A stretch of 64,000 nucleotides of DNA from an uncultured Chloroflexia bacterium (GTDB lineage Bacteria > Chloroflexota > Ktedonobacteria > Ktedonobacterales > JADMIN01). The stretch is from NCBI GenBank assembly GCA_963809385.1, contig CAWEJL010000005.1, positions 586,232 through 650,231 of the forward strand, in the 5' to 3' direction. Numbering within the stretch: the first letter of the stretch is position 1; each line of letters starts with the position of its first letter. Both the position numbers and the translations under genes were made by a program. The notes below the pieces were generated by a model, which saw nothing but the letters and a program-made list of their open reading frames with translations, had not been told where the DNA came from and did no database searches. This document shows, one piece after another, positions 19,079 through 28,285 of this stretch.

Positions 19079-20076
19079 GCCAGCGCGCCCACGCCCATCA
19101 TCCCCACCGCGCGCCATTCGCGCGGGCTTTCGCCCCAGCGACGGTTGCCAACGTCATCAGCGGCTTCGACATCTTCGGTCTCGCCGTCGAGGCGCCCGGC
19201 GACGAGGTCATCGCCCACTACCACGAGGCGCCCGGAGTCAGCATCACCCGCATCACCGGCGACGGCGGCAAGCTGCCCCGCGTGAGCGGCGCCAACACAG
19301 CCAGCGCCGCCGCGCACGCCCTGCTGGAGAGCCTCAGTGTCCGCCACGGCGTCGCGCTGGATATCCACAAGCGCATGCCGCTGGGCAGCGGTCTGGGCTC
19401 CAGCGCCGCCAGCGCCGTTGCGGCGGTCGTCGCCGTCAACGCGCTGCTCGGCGAGCCGCTGAGCCGCCGCGAGTTGCTGCCCTTCGCGCTGGCGGGCGAG
19501 CGTGTCTCCTGCGGCGGCGAATCCGCGCATGCCGACAACGTCGCGCCTGCGCTGCTGGGTGGCTTTGTCCTCATCCGCGGCTACGATCCACTGGATGTCA
19601 TCTCGCTGCCCGCGCCCGCTCGCCTGTGGGTCGCGCTGGCGCACCCCGACCTGGTGGTGCGCACCCGCGACGCCCGCGCCGCGCTGCCGGAGATGGTCTC
19701 GCTGCGGCAGGCGGTGGCGCAGTGGGGAAACGCCGCTGGACTCGTCGCCGGTCTCTTCATGGACGATGAGGCGCTGATCGCCCGCTCGCTGCATGACGTG
19801 ATCGTCGAGCCAGCCCGCGCGCCGCTGATCCCCGGCTACGCGGAGGTGCGCCAGGCCGCGCTGGACGCCGGGGCGCTGGGCTGCGGTATCTCCGGCGCCG
19901 CCCCATCGATGTTCGCGCTGACCACGTCGCGTGCCACCGCTGAATCCGCCGGGAAGGCGATGGGCGCCGCATTTCAACATACGGGTCACAAAGCCACCGT
20001 CTACGTCTCGCCCATCAATCGTGAGGGCGCGCGCGTCCTCGAAGCCCGCCCTGTCTCCGCGGCGGCGAAGGAGTAG
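19075..20076 (+). CDS. thrB: homoserine kinase
   Basis: GHMP-kinase motif PLGSGLGSSAASAVA. Start overlaps the thrA stop (ATGA). Confidence 0.9.
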   Translation: MSQRAHAHHPHRAPFARAFAPATVANVISGFDIFGLAVEAPGDEVIAHYHEAPGVSITRITGDGGKLPRVSGANTASAAAHALLESLSVRHGVALDIHKRMPLGSGLGSSAASAVAAVVAVNALLGEPLSRRELLPFALAGERVSCGGESAHADNVAPALLGGFVLIRGYDPLDVISLPAPARLWVALAHPDLVVRTRDARAALPEMVSLRQAVAQWGNAAGLVAGLFMDDEALIARSLHDVIVEPARAPLIPGYAEVRQAALDAGALGCGISGAAPSMFALTTSRATAESAGKAMGAAFQHTGHKATVYVSPINREGARVLEARPVSAAAKE

Positions 20077-20083
20077 TCTGAGC

Positions 20084-21385
20084 ATGCGCTATTTCAGCGT
20101 TAACGGCGGCGCGCCGGTTCCATTCCGCGAGGCCGCGCTCTCCGGTCTGGCCAGCGACGGCGGCCTCTATATGCCCGAATCCATCCCCACACTTCCAACG
20201 GAGGTATGGGACGGCTTCGCTGACAAGCCGCTCGAGGAGGTCGCATTCTCCCTCGCCCGCGCGCTGCTCGCTGGCGACATCCCCGACAGCGACCTGAGCG
20301 AGATCGTGACCGACGCGCTCAACTTCCCCATCCCGCTCGTGACGCTCGACAGCGAGACGCGTGTGTTGGAGTTATTCCATGGCCCGACTCTGGCTTTCAA
20401 GGACGTAGGCGCGCGCTTCATGGCCCGCGTCTTCGCCTGGCTTCAGCGCGAGGAGTCCCGCCCGCTGACGGTGCTGGTCGCCACCTCCGGCGATACTGGC
20501 AGCGCCGTCGCCAGCGGCTTCGGCGAGGTTCCCGGCGCGCGCGTCGTGCTGCTCTATCCCAGCGGTCGCGTCAGCCCGCTCCAGGAGCGCCAGCTAACCA
20601 CTGGCGGCCCCAGCGTCACCGCGCTGGCAGTAGATGGCTCGTTCGACGACTGCCAGCGCATGGTGAAGGAAGCCTTCCGCGACCCTGACCTGCGTCAGCG
20701 TCTCACGCTGACCTCCGCCAACTCGATCAACATTACCCGCCTGCTGCCCCAGACGTTCTACTACGCTTGGGCCTGGGCGCAACTGGACGACCGCTCGCGC
20801 CCGCTGGTCTTCTCGGTTCCCAGCGGCAACTTTGGCAACCTCACCGCCGGGCTGATCGCCAAGCGCATGGGCCTGCCCGCCGCTCGCTTTCTCGCCGCCG
20901 CCAACGCCAACGGCGGCCTCACTGACTTCCTCGCGGGCGCCGACTTCATGCCGCATCCCTCGCTCCACACCCTCTCCAGCGCGATGGATGTCGGCGACCC
21001 CAGCAATTTCGCCCGCATCCTCGCCCTCTACGGCTCCGACCGTGCGGCCATCGCCCGCGATGTCTCCGGCTACACCATCAGCGACGAGGAGACGCTGGAC
21101 GCCATGCGCGCGCTCGACCGCCGCTACGGCTACACCGCCGACCCGCACACCGCCACCGGCTACGCCGCCCTCGCCCGCTACCGCGCCGAGCGTTCCAACC
21201 CGCACACCGGAGTCGTCCTCTCCACCGCGCACCCCGCCAAATTCCCCGACATCCGCGAGCAGGCGCTGGGTTGCCCAATCCCGCTCCCCGCCCGCCTGCG
21301 CGCCACCCTTGACCGTGAGCAGCACGTCACCCCCCTGCCCAACCGCTACGCTGCCCTGCGCGACGTGCTGCAGGGGCTGTGGTGA
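20084..21385 (+). CDS. thrC: threonine synthase
   Basis: Start ATG 20084 (MRYFSVNG...) with GAAGGAG upstream. PLP-lysine context FHGPTLAFKDVGARF. The track ORF begins earlier (19931), inside thrB. Confidence 0.9.
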   Translation: MRYFSVNGGAPVPFREAALSGLASDGGLYMPESIPTLPTEVWDGFADKPLEEVAFSLARALLAGDIPDSDLSEIVTDALNFPIPLVTLDSETRVLELFHGPTLAFKDVGARFMARVFAWLQREESRPLTVLVATSGDTGSAVASGFGEVPGARVVLLYPSGRVSPLQERQLTTGGPSVTALAVDGSFDDCQRMVKEAFRDPDLRQRLTLTSANSINITRLLPQTFYYAWAWAQLDDRSRPLVFSVPSGNFGNLTAGLIAKRMGLPAARFLAAANANGGLTDFLAGADFMPHPSLHTLSSAMDVGDPSNFARILALYGSDRAAIARDVSGYTISDEETLDAMRALDRRYGYTADPHTATGYAALARYRAERSNPHTGVVLSTAHPAKFPDIREQALGCPIPLPARLRATLDREQHVTPLPNRYAALRDVLQGLW

Positions 21386-21426
21386 CCTCACCCCCTGCCC
21401 CCTCTCCTTGCGGGGCGAGGGGGTCG
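21386..21426 (+). repeat. GC-rich palindromic repeat, family 1
   Basis: cctcaccccctgccccctctccttgcggggcgagggggtc starts directly after the thrC stop. 39/40 identical to the reverse complement of 23206-23245. Confidence 0.75.
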
Positions 21427-21634
21427 CAGCCCAGCATGACAATTGGAAAGCAAACATGCTTCACCAACGCCGCTCATGTCGCGACAGGCCTTCTCTGCGT
21501 GGGAAATACACTACGTCAGCAGACCGGATAAGGCCTTCCCCCCGCCGCTTGACAGCCTGCTGCGGCACTGGGTATGCTTCCCGCAACATCCGGCCCAATG
21601 GAGGGCTGGGCATGGCGGGAAAGCAGGCGTCCCA

Positions 21635-22945
21635 ATGGCGGATACTCCGTTTGTATCTCCAGATGGCAAGATGGCGTCGCTGGCAGGCGTGGAGGGCGAG
21701 AGCCAGCATGAGGCGCTGCGGGCGCCAACCAAGCGGCTGAGGTTCGGCTTCATCTTGATGCTCAGCCTGGCGAACATCGCGCTCTGGTTTAGCATGCAGC
21801 CGGTCATCATCTACCTGCTGCCCAACCAGATCATCGCCTTCGATCCCAATCCCGCGCACCAGAGCCTGTATGACGGGCTGGTGCTGGCGCTGGGCGCGTT
21901 CCTCTCGATCTTCTCCAATACCATCGGCGGCGCGCTCTCCGACCGCACGACCTCGCGCTTCGGGCGGCGCGCGCCGTGGCTGATCGGCTGCGCCGTGCTG
22001 TCGGCGGGCGCGCTGGCGCTGTTGGGCAACGCCACCACTCTCGCCATGCTCTTCATCGGCTACGGCCTCTATCAGTTGGTGGTCAACGGCGCGCTGGCGG
22101 CGCTGACCGCCGTCGTCCCCGACAAGGCGCCAGACGAGCAGCGCGGGCTGGTCTCTGCCTTCGTCGGGCTGTCGCTGCCAGTGGCGATCGTGGTCGGCGC
22201 GGTGGTGATTGGCATCGCCGTCAAAAACGTCCAGACCGGCTACTACATCCTCGCCGCCTCGTTCGTCGTCATCACCGTCCTCTTCACCTTCGTCCTGCAT
22301 GACACGCCACTACCGCGCGATGCGGTGGAGCCCTTCCGCCTGGGCGCGTTCGTGCGCGGCTTCTGGATCAACCCGCGCACGAATCCCGACTTCGGCTATG
22401 CGTGGCTCGTGCGGTTCCTGGTCAACTTCGGCTGGTCCGCGACGCTCGGCTCGTTTCTGCTGCTCTATCTCAAGAACGCCGTAAAAGTGAGCGACCCATC
22501 ATCGAGCGCCGCCGTCGCCCAGATCATCGCCGTCGCCATGATCCTCGTCTCCAGCATCGCTGGCGGCTATCTCTCCGACCGCTTCCACCGCCGCAAAATT
22601 TTTGTCATGTCCGCGGCGGGCCTGATCTGCGTCGCGCTGTTCATCCTGGCGTTCTTCACCTCGTGGACCACGACGCTGATCGCGGCGGTGATCGTCGGCC
22701 TGGGATTCGGCGCGTACCTGGCGGTGGACCTGGCGCTGATGACCGAGGTGTTGCCCTCCGCCAGCGACCGCGGCAAAGACATGGGCGTCTTCAACATCGC
22801 CAACGCCCTGCCCAACGCGCTTGCGCCGCTGATTGGCGGCGTCGTGATCGCCACCTTCGGCAGCTTCCAGCCGCTGTTCTTCATGGCGGCGGGCGCGGTG
22901 CTGCTGGCGGCAATCCTGGTCCTGCCGATCAAGCAGGTGCGATAG
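21635..22945 (+). CDS. MFS transporter
   Basis: Start chosen at ATG 21635 (MADTPF...). About 12 hydrophobic segments. DRTTSRFGRRAPW loop motif typical of MFS. Confidence 0.8.
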   Translation: MADTPFVSPDGKMASLAGVEGESQHEALRAPTKRLRFGFILMLSLANIALWFSMQPVIIYLLPNQIIAFDPNPAHQSLYDGLVLALGAFLSIFSNTIGGALSDRTTSRFGRRAPWLIGCAVLSAGALALLGNATTLAMLFIGYGLYQLVVNGALAALTAVVPDKAPDEQRGLVSAFVGLSLPVAIVVGAVVIGIAVKNVQTGYYILAASFVVITVLFTFVLHDTPLPRDAVEPFRLGAFVRGFWINPRTNPDFGYAWLVRFLVNFGWSATLGSFLLLYLKNAVKVSDPSSSAAVAQIIAVAMILVSSIAGGYLSDRFHRRKIFVMSAAGLICVALFILAFFTSWTTTLIAAVIVGLGFGAYLAVDLALMTEVLPSASDRGKDMGVFNIANALPNALAPLIGGVVIATFGSFQPLFFMAAGAVLLAAILVLPIKQVR

Positions 22946-22956
22946 CCCCGGCGCGA

Positions 22957-22997
22957 CCTCACCCCCTGCCCACTCTCCCCGGGGAGAGGGCGTGACG
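22957..22997 (+). repeat. GC-rich palindromic repeat, family 1 variant
   Basis: cctcaccccctgccc shared with copy 21386, then perfect palindrome CTCTCCCCGGGGAGAG (22973-22988). Lies between the convergent MFS and ligase-like genes. Confidence 0.7.
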
Positions 22998-23205
22998 CAG
23001 CGGCGCGGCCCAGCGCGATCAGCGCCGCCACGCCCCACCAGAACGCCAGCGCGTAATCAGGCTGGAAATACGCGCTGTCCACCAGCCCATGCGCCAGCCC
23101 CGCCGCCAGCGCGCCTATCACCCCGACCACCGCCGCGCCGCGCCACCCGCTCGCCAAACCGCCCAGCCAAAGCATCGCTCTCCATCCACGCGCCCGCCCG
23201 CCTTG

Positions 23206-23245
23206 GACCCCCTCGCCCCGCAGGGAGAGGGGGCAGGGGGTGAGG
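23206..23245 (-). repeat. GC-rich palindromic repeat, family 1, inside the ligase-like gene
   Basis: Reverse complement is 39/40 identical to 21386-21425. Translated in the gene frame as LTPCPLSLRGEGV. Confidence 0.75.
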
Positions 23246-23641
23246 CCCCGCCACACCGCCGCCACCAGCGCCAGCATATACCCCACCAGCCCGGCCAGCC
23301 CAGCGCTCAGCCACAGTTCCAGCCCCAGGTTGTGCGGGTGCGACAGATTTGGCTCGCTGGCCGCCGCCGTCGCGCGCCCGTTCGAGCGTCGCGATCAGGT
23401 AGGGATGGTTGGTGTAGCGCGGGTCGTAGTAGTACAGAAACTGGTCTGGCCCGACGCCGAAGAGCAGGATGATCGCGCGCCATCGCCTCCGCCGCCCGCC
23501 AGACCAGCAGCCGCACCTCACCCGATCCACCATGCGCCCCGCCCGCCAGCCCCACCAGCGGCGCCAGCCAGATCACCGAGGTTCCGTAGAGCAGCGCCAC
23601 CGCGAGCGCTACGGCGAGCAGGCGGATGCTCACGCACCAGC

Positions 23642-23700
23642 GTCCGCGCAGGCGGACGTTGTGGCCCGCAGGGCCCCCAGGCGCGAATTCATTCGCCCGG
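23642..23700 (+). repeat. modular GC-rich repeat, family 2, inside the ligase-like gene
   Basis: gtccgcgcaggcggacgttgtgg is identical to 62026-62048. A gaattcattcgcc module is related to 28268-28280 and 61955-61965. The ORF 23630..24334 terminates inside it. Confidence 0.65.
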
Positions 23701-24779
23701 CCCCGTCCGCGCCACACGACCAACCACCGCCATCCCACCCGACAACCGCCGCGCCCGCCGCCGCGCCCAGCCATGCGCCGCGCGAGCCCGTCAGCGCCAG
23801 CCCGCCCAGCAGCGCCGCGAGCGCCAGCGCCGCCGCCAGCCGCTCCACCGGCCCCGCCGCGCGCGGCCACAGCGCGACAGCCAGCGCCAGCGGCAGCGCG
23901 CGCGCCATCCATGCCCCCGCGCTATTCGGGCTGCCGTAGATAATCGCCGTCGCGCGCCATGTGAGGCCGTTCCAGGCGGGATAGGGGACGAGCCCACCGC
24001 CAGCGCCCAGCGGCGCGAAGGTGACATGCGCGAACGTCGCCTGGGCCAGCGCCAGCGCCGCCACCATCACCCCCGACACGACAAACGCCCACAGCGTCCA
24101 CCACAGCCAGCGCCCGCGCAGCCGCCAGACCACCAGCGCGGCGTACACCAGCGGCTCAGCAATCTCCCAACGCCAGGCGCGCAGCGCAGGTTGCGGCGCA
24201 CGCGCGATGATGACGCCAACCGTCATCCCCGCCAGCAGAAGCGCCGCGCCTAGCATCACCGGGCCACCAAGCCGCGCCAGATACGCCCGCACCATACGTC
24301 CCAGCCGCCACGAGCGGGCGTGCGCCAGCCGCAAGCCAAGCTGGCCCGCCGACGACCAGCGCGAGAACCGCCAGCGTCAGTTCGCTCAGCGGAAACGAAA
24401 GGCGGCCCGTCAAGTGAATGGGCGCGAACCAGAAGGGGAAGGTCAGAGGCGACAGCGCCAGCGCCAGTCGTGGCCAGCGCCACGCCAGCGCAACAAACAC
24501 GGCGGCCCACAGCAGCGCCAGCGCGGGCGCACGGCGTCAGTACCACGCCACCAGCGCCGCCACTATCGCCAGCGCGGGCAGCGCCCGCCGCGTCGGGGGC
24601 CATATCGTATGGGCCATCACACTGGTTGTGGGGTTCGCGCGCATCCTTCGCGTCTCCCTCCTCTATCAACTCGCAGCCCCGTCATATCCTAACCAATCGC
24701 CGGATTACCCCAGGGCTTCAGCCCCCGCGCCGCGTGCGCCGGCCATAGCCATTGATGGGCGCGCCCGGCCACCGCGCCG

Positions 24780-25872
24780 TTAATGCCCGCCGCTACTCAG
24801 GCTGATGAGCGCCACCACCAGCTCGACGGCGATCAGCACAATCACCAGGATCTCCAGCAGGGTCGAGCGCGCAACCTGTTCTTCATCGTGCAGCAGGCCC
24901 GCCGTCTGGCGCAGCACGTCCAGTGTCTCGGCGATGCCCGTGCGCCATGACTCCACGCGCAGCGTCTGGAGCGCCGCCGTGTAGACGCGGTTCCAGTAGA
25001 CATCTTCCGTCACTTTCAGCGCGTTCTCGACGCGCCCGCTGTGCTCGGTGATGTCGGCGATTAGGGTATGGATCTCTGAGAGGAAACGGTCGGTGCGCCG
25101 GTAGAGCGGCCAGCTTGCGCGGGTGAGGCGGCCCAGGCGGGGGGTGATGAGCTGTAGCGCCCGCTCCACCTCGGCGTCATAGGTGCGGAAAGAGAGCAGC
25201 TGGGCGTTGGCAAACTCCATCAGCAGCGTGGCGTCGTCGCGCGCGTTGGGATCATGCTCGATCACCAGCGCCGAGGCCCACGTCAGCAGGATCAGGTCGT
25301 CCTCATAGTAGCTGAGGGTGGTGGCCAGCGACCACATCGAAGGCGCCAGCGCGCGCCGCTCGCCCAGCGCCGCCCGCAGCGCCCAGGGATTGCGCGCCAG
25401 CTCGCGAGGCCGGGACGCCCTCCACCATACGCTCGACGACGAAGATCGTATAGTCCTCTGGCCGAACGACCGCATTCAAGCGGTTCATCGCCGGGGCGAG
25501 TGTCTTGCTCAGCAGCTCCAGCCCGTGCTCGAAGGCTTCGCTGACTACCATCGGGTACGGCTGCGTCTCGCTCAGTAGCGCGATAGCGTCCTCCCAGCCC
25601 ATCTCTTCGCGGAACAGAATCACCAGGCGGAAGGCGATGATGCCCAGGTCGTAGATCCGCGCATAGAGCACGCCAGTATGCGCCACGCCGCCAAGAGTGA
25701 CCTCCAGCGTGCCGAGGCTCAGCTCCAGTGGAAGCTGGGCGATGTCAATGCTGGCCCCGCGCGTGACGACTGGGCGGACGCGCGCGCTGGGCGTGGCCAG
25801 CATTTCGCGCGCCTTGTCGAGGTCAATGCTGTAGCAGACATCATAGAGCTGATAGAGATGCAGCGAGGCCAT
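24780..25872 (-). pseudogene. RMD1/DUF155 family protein, one frame break near 25420
   Basis: MASLHLYQLYDVCYSIDLDKA...EDYTIFVVERMVEG | SRPRELARNPWALRAALGER...YYEDDLILLTW...VTEDVYWNRVY..., ending in a C-terminal TM (LLEILVIVLIAVELVVALISL). Confidence 0.7.
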
Positions 25873-26073
25873 CTGGATGCGTGGCGGCTCATCATAGGAG
25901 AGCGGCGCCGCTGGTTGGGCCGCCGCTGAAATTGGTAGACTCACAGACGCTCTCCCCCAGACACTCCACATCAGTACACGCTGATCGGGCGCCGGACGGG
26001 TCGCGCTGGCGCTCGCTGGATAGTGTACCACCCAGCGGTCACGCCTCTGGCAGGCGAGGAGCCCCCGTCTCTC

Positions 26074-26370
26074 TTACTGCGTACGCGCCTGGTTATAGAT
26101 CTGGAGCACCTCAGAGCGCGCGCGCTCGTAAGCCTCGCGACCCTGGATCTTCGCCTCTTGATACCGCTCCCGCACACGCTCGACAACCGCCGCCAGCGGA
26201 TCGCCAGTGGTGGGCAGCGCGTCATCCTCGCCTTCGCCACCGCTGACAGGCTCCGCGCCAGGAGCCGCCACCGGGCGCGGCGTTAGCACGAGTGTGATCG
26301 CCACGCCTACAGCTATGCCGATTACCAGGCCCGTCAAAAACCCCGGGCCGGAGCGTCCACGTTTCGCCAC
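26074..26370 (-). CDS. YtxH-like small membrane-anchored protein
   Basis: GTG 26370 with GAAAGGA upstream. GPGFLTGLVIGIAVGVAITLVLTP, followed by a charged helical tail. The track ORF start (26442) overlaps the upstream gene. Confidence 0.55.
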   Translation of the reverse strand: MAKRGRSGPGFLTGLVIGIAVGVAITLVLTPRPVAAPGAEPVSGGEGEDDALPTTGDPLAAVVERVRERYQEAKIQGREAYERARSEVLQIYNQARTQ

Positions 26371-26419
26371 GGTTCCACTTATCCTTTCCCGGCGTCCGGA
26401 ACACTCCCGCGCCGGAGAA

Positions 26420-26821
26420 TCAACCCGCCTCCGCAACCCCAATCATGCTCTGAATGCGCTCCAGCAGCGCATCGCCATCGAACGGCTTCTTCAGCACGGC
26501 GATATTCGCATAGCGGCCCGATGGGTCGCGGATCAGTCCCTCCACCACATCCGCTTCGGTCATCGCGGCGGTCGCCACGATCACGGGGATGTCGGCAGTC
26601 GCCTGGATGCTCCGCAGCCGCTCCAGCACATCCAGGCCAGAGATCGCGCCGAGCCGCATGTCGAGCACGATCAGATCAGGCGGGTTCTTCCGTGCGGTCT
26701 CTTCAACCAGCGCGCCATCATCGAGCACAGATACGCCGTACTCCGCGTCTTCGAGCAGCATGCGAATTAGCGTGAGGAGCTCCTGGCGGTCATCAATCAC
26801 CAGAATGCGCTTACTCATCAT
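26420..26821 (-). CDS. stand-alone response regulator receiver (CheY-like)
   Basis: KRILVIDD...DLIVLDMRLG...PVIVATA...KKPF. No output domain. Confidence 0.85.
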   Translation of the reverse strand: MMSKRILVIDDRQELLTLIRMLLEDAEYGVSVLDDGALVEETARKNPPDLIVLDMRLGAISGLDVLERLRSIQATADIPVIVATAAMTEADVVEGLIRDPSGRYANIAVLKKPFDGDALLERIQSMIGVAEAG

Positions 26822-26999
26822 CAAGACCCTCCTCCCGCGCATCGCGGCCCCCACCTGGCGGCCAGACGGCGCGGCGCTTATACGTCCGCATGTGGCGTGC
26901 CGCAGGCGCCGGGCGTGCCACCGCGATATGGAGTGTCCTAGCTATACAACCGCTTGGCGCGCGCGTGCGGTCACATGGGCGTCCTACCGGCTATCCCGC

Positions 27000-28115
27000 T
27001 CAGTCCCCCGCGCCTGGTGTTGTGTCTGCGGGTTTGCCCGGCGCGTGACTGGCGTGACTGGCGCGCCGCCGGTCCATCCGGGCGCGCCGCCAGCGCACAA
27101 TGCGCCGCTTCAGCCGCAGCGCCCGCATGTACGCCCAGTATACCGCCGGCTGGTAGACCTGGTCGTGCGTCTCCAGCGTGAAGAGCGAGAAGCCGCCGAA
27201 GCCCTGCTTGTAGGTGTACAGGCTGTACATATCCTCGCCTGGCTCCAGTGTCTCGGCGATGGCGCGGAAGTCGTAAAGTTTGCAACCGCGCGCCTTCGCC
27301 CACTGGATCGCCGTCCATTGCAGCAGGTGGTTGGGCATGCGGTTGCGCTCGCGGTTGGATGAGGCGCCAAACATGTAAGTGGCGACCGGGCCGCAGCGCG
27401 CGACAATCAGCGAGGCGATCGGCTGGCCGTCGTATTCCGCGATCAGCAGCGCCGCCGCGTCGCGCTCGCCATACAGCCGCAGGAAGTCGTCGTAGTGCCG
27501 CTGGTCGTGGATGAAGATGCCGTCGCGCTCTGCGGTCTCGCGGTAGAGCGTGTAGAACGCGTCGCGGTCAGCGGAGTCGCTTGCCTCGCGTACAGTAACG
27601 CCTTTGCGCGAGGCGAGGCGGATGTTGTAGCGCCATTTCTCTTTCATGCCAGCCAGCAGCGCCTTTTCATCGGGCGTGATGTCCAGCGCCCACGAGCGGC
27701 GGGGATGCGTAGCGAACGGATTGCGCCGCAGGCCTAGCTTCGCCAGCGCGTCCAGCCAGGCCTGATCACCATCGGAGACGTTCGGCTCGACCTTGAGCAT
27801 GAACGCTCCCCGCTCTTTGGCGAGGCCACGTGCGTAGTCGAAGAGCGCCGCCAGCGCGGGCGACGCCAGATCATCGCAAACCGGACCGCGCGGCGTGTAG
27901 AGATAGGGCTGGCCCACGACTGGCGCGCGCTCGACGATCACCAGCAGCGCGCCGCGCAGCGTCCCATCGTCATCTACCGCGCCTAGCCGCAGCGCCCGCT
28001 CACCCAGGCGGCTGCCCAGCTCGGCCCACTCCCACGTCTGGGTAATGTTGCCCGTCGCCTGTGACTCGACGAAGGCGTTCCAGCGGTCGCGGTCTTCGAT
28101 GATCTCTACGCGCAT
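27000..28115 (-). CDS. FemAB-family peptidoglycan bridge-forming aminoacyltransferase (intact copy)
   Basis: MRVEIIEDRDRWNAFV...TQTWEWAEL...KWRYNIRLASRKGV...ATYMFGASSNRERNRMPNHLLQWTAIQWAKARG...YTYKQGFGG. Confidence 0.8.
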   Translation of the reverse strand: MRVEIIEDRDRWNAFVESQATGNITQTWEWAELGSRLGERALRLGAVDDDGTLRGALLVIVERAPVVGQPYLYTPRGPVCDDLASPALAALFDYARGLAKERGAFMLKVEPNVSDGDQAWLDALAKLGLRRNPFATHPRRSWALDITPDEKALLAGMKEKWRYNIRLASRKGVTVREASDSADRDAFYTLYRETAERDGIFIHDQRHYDDFLRLYGERDAAALLIAEYDGQPIASLIVARCGPVATYMFGASSNRERNRMPNHLLQWTAIQWAKARGCKLYDFRAIAETLEPGEDMYSLYTYKQGFGGFSLFTLETHDQVYQPAVYWAYMRALRLKRRIVRWRRARMDRRRASHASHAPGKPADTTPGAGD

Positions 28116-28128
28116 GCCGTTCCTCAAG

Positions 28129-28285
28129 CTATCGCGGCCATGAATGGCCGGCGCACACTACCAACGCGACCATGAATGGCCGGCGCATGGGCGCGGGCGG
28201 TTGAAACCGCGCCCCAAGGCGACTCGCGCCGCCACAAGACCCACCGCGCGGGTCCGCGTCCTGGTCCGCCTGCGCAGACTCATTC
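28129..28285. repeat. cluster of family 2 GC-rich repeat modules
   Basis: Tandem ccatgaatggccggcgca (28129-28146, 28160-28177). gcgggcggttgaaaccgcgcc (28184-28204) is the exact reverse complement of 62111-62131. cgccgccacaagacc (28217-28231) is identical to 61979-61993. Confidence 0.6.

Larger units (their letters stand above)
22959..24617 (-). pseudogene. O-antigen ligase/polymerase (Wzy_C-like) family membrane protein, multiply disrupted; ends approximate
   Basis: The pieces read MAHTIWPPTRRALPALAIVAALVAWY | ...FVALAWRWPRLALALSPLTFPFWF... | ...LALTGSRGAWLGAAAGAAVVG... | ...LFGVGPDQFLYYYDPRYTNHPYLI... | ...ELWLSAGLAGLVGYMLALV...GLVDSAYFQPDYALAFWW. At least 4 frame changes, plus repeat copies at 23206-23245 and 23642-23700. 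Confidence 0.55.

Noticed and set aside
16586-20085. Long minus-strand ORFs (16586..17578, 18937..20085, also 20594..21457) opposite thrA/thrB/thrC
   Set aside because: They are shadow ORFs of intact, highly recognisable biosynthetic genes.
21386-23245. Composite transposon carrying the MFS gene, bounded by the inverted family 1 copies
   Set aside because: There is no transposase and no flanking target duplication. The same short element also occurs at unrelated gene ends, so a REP-like repeat is the simpler reading. The possibility of inversion is kept in the findings.
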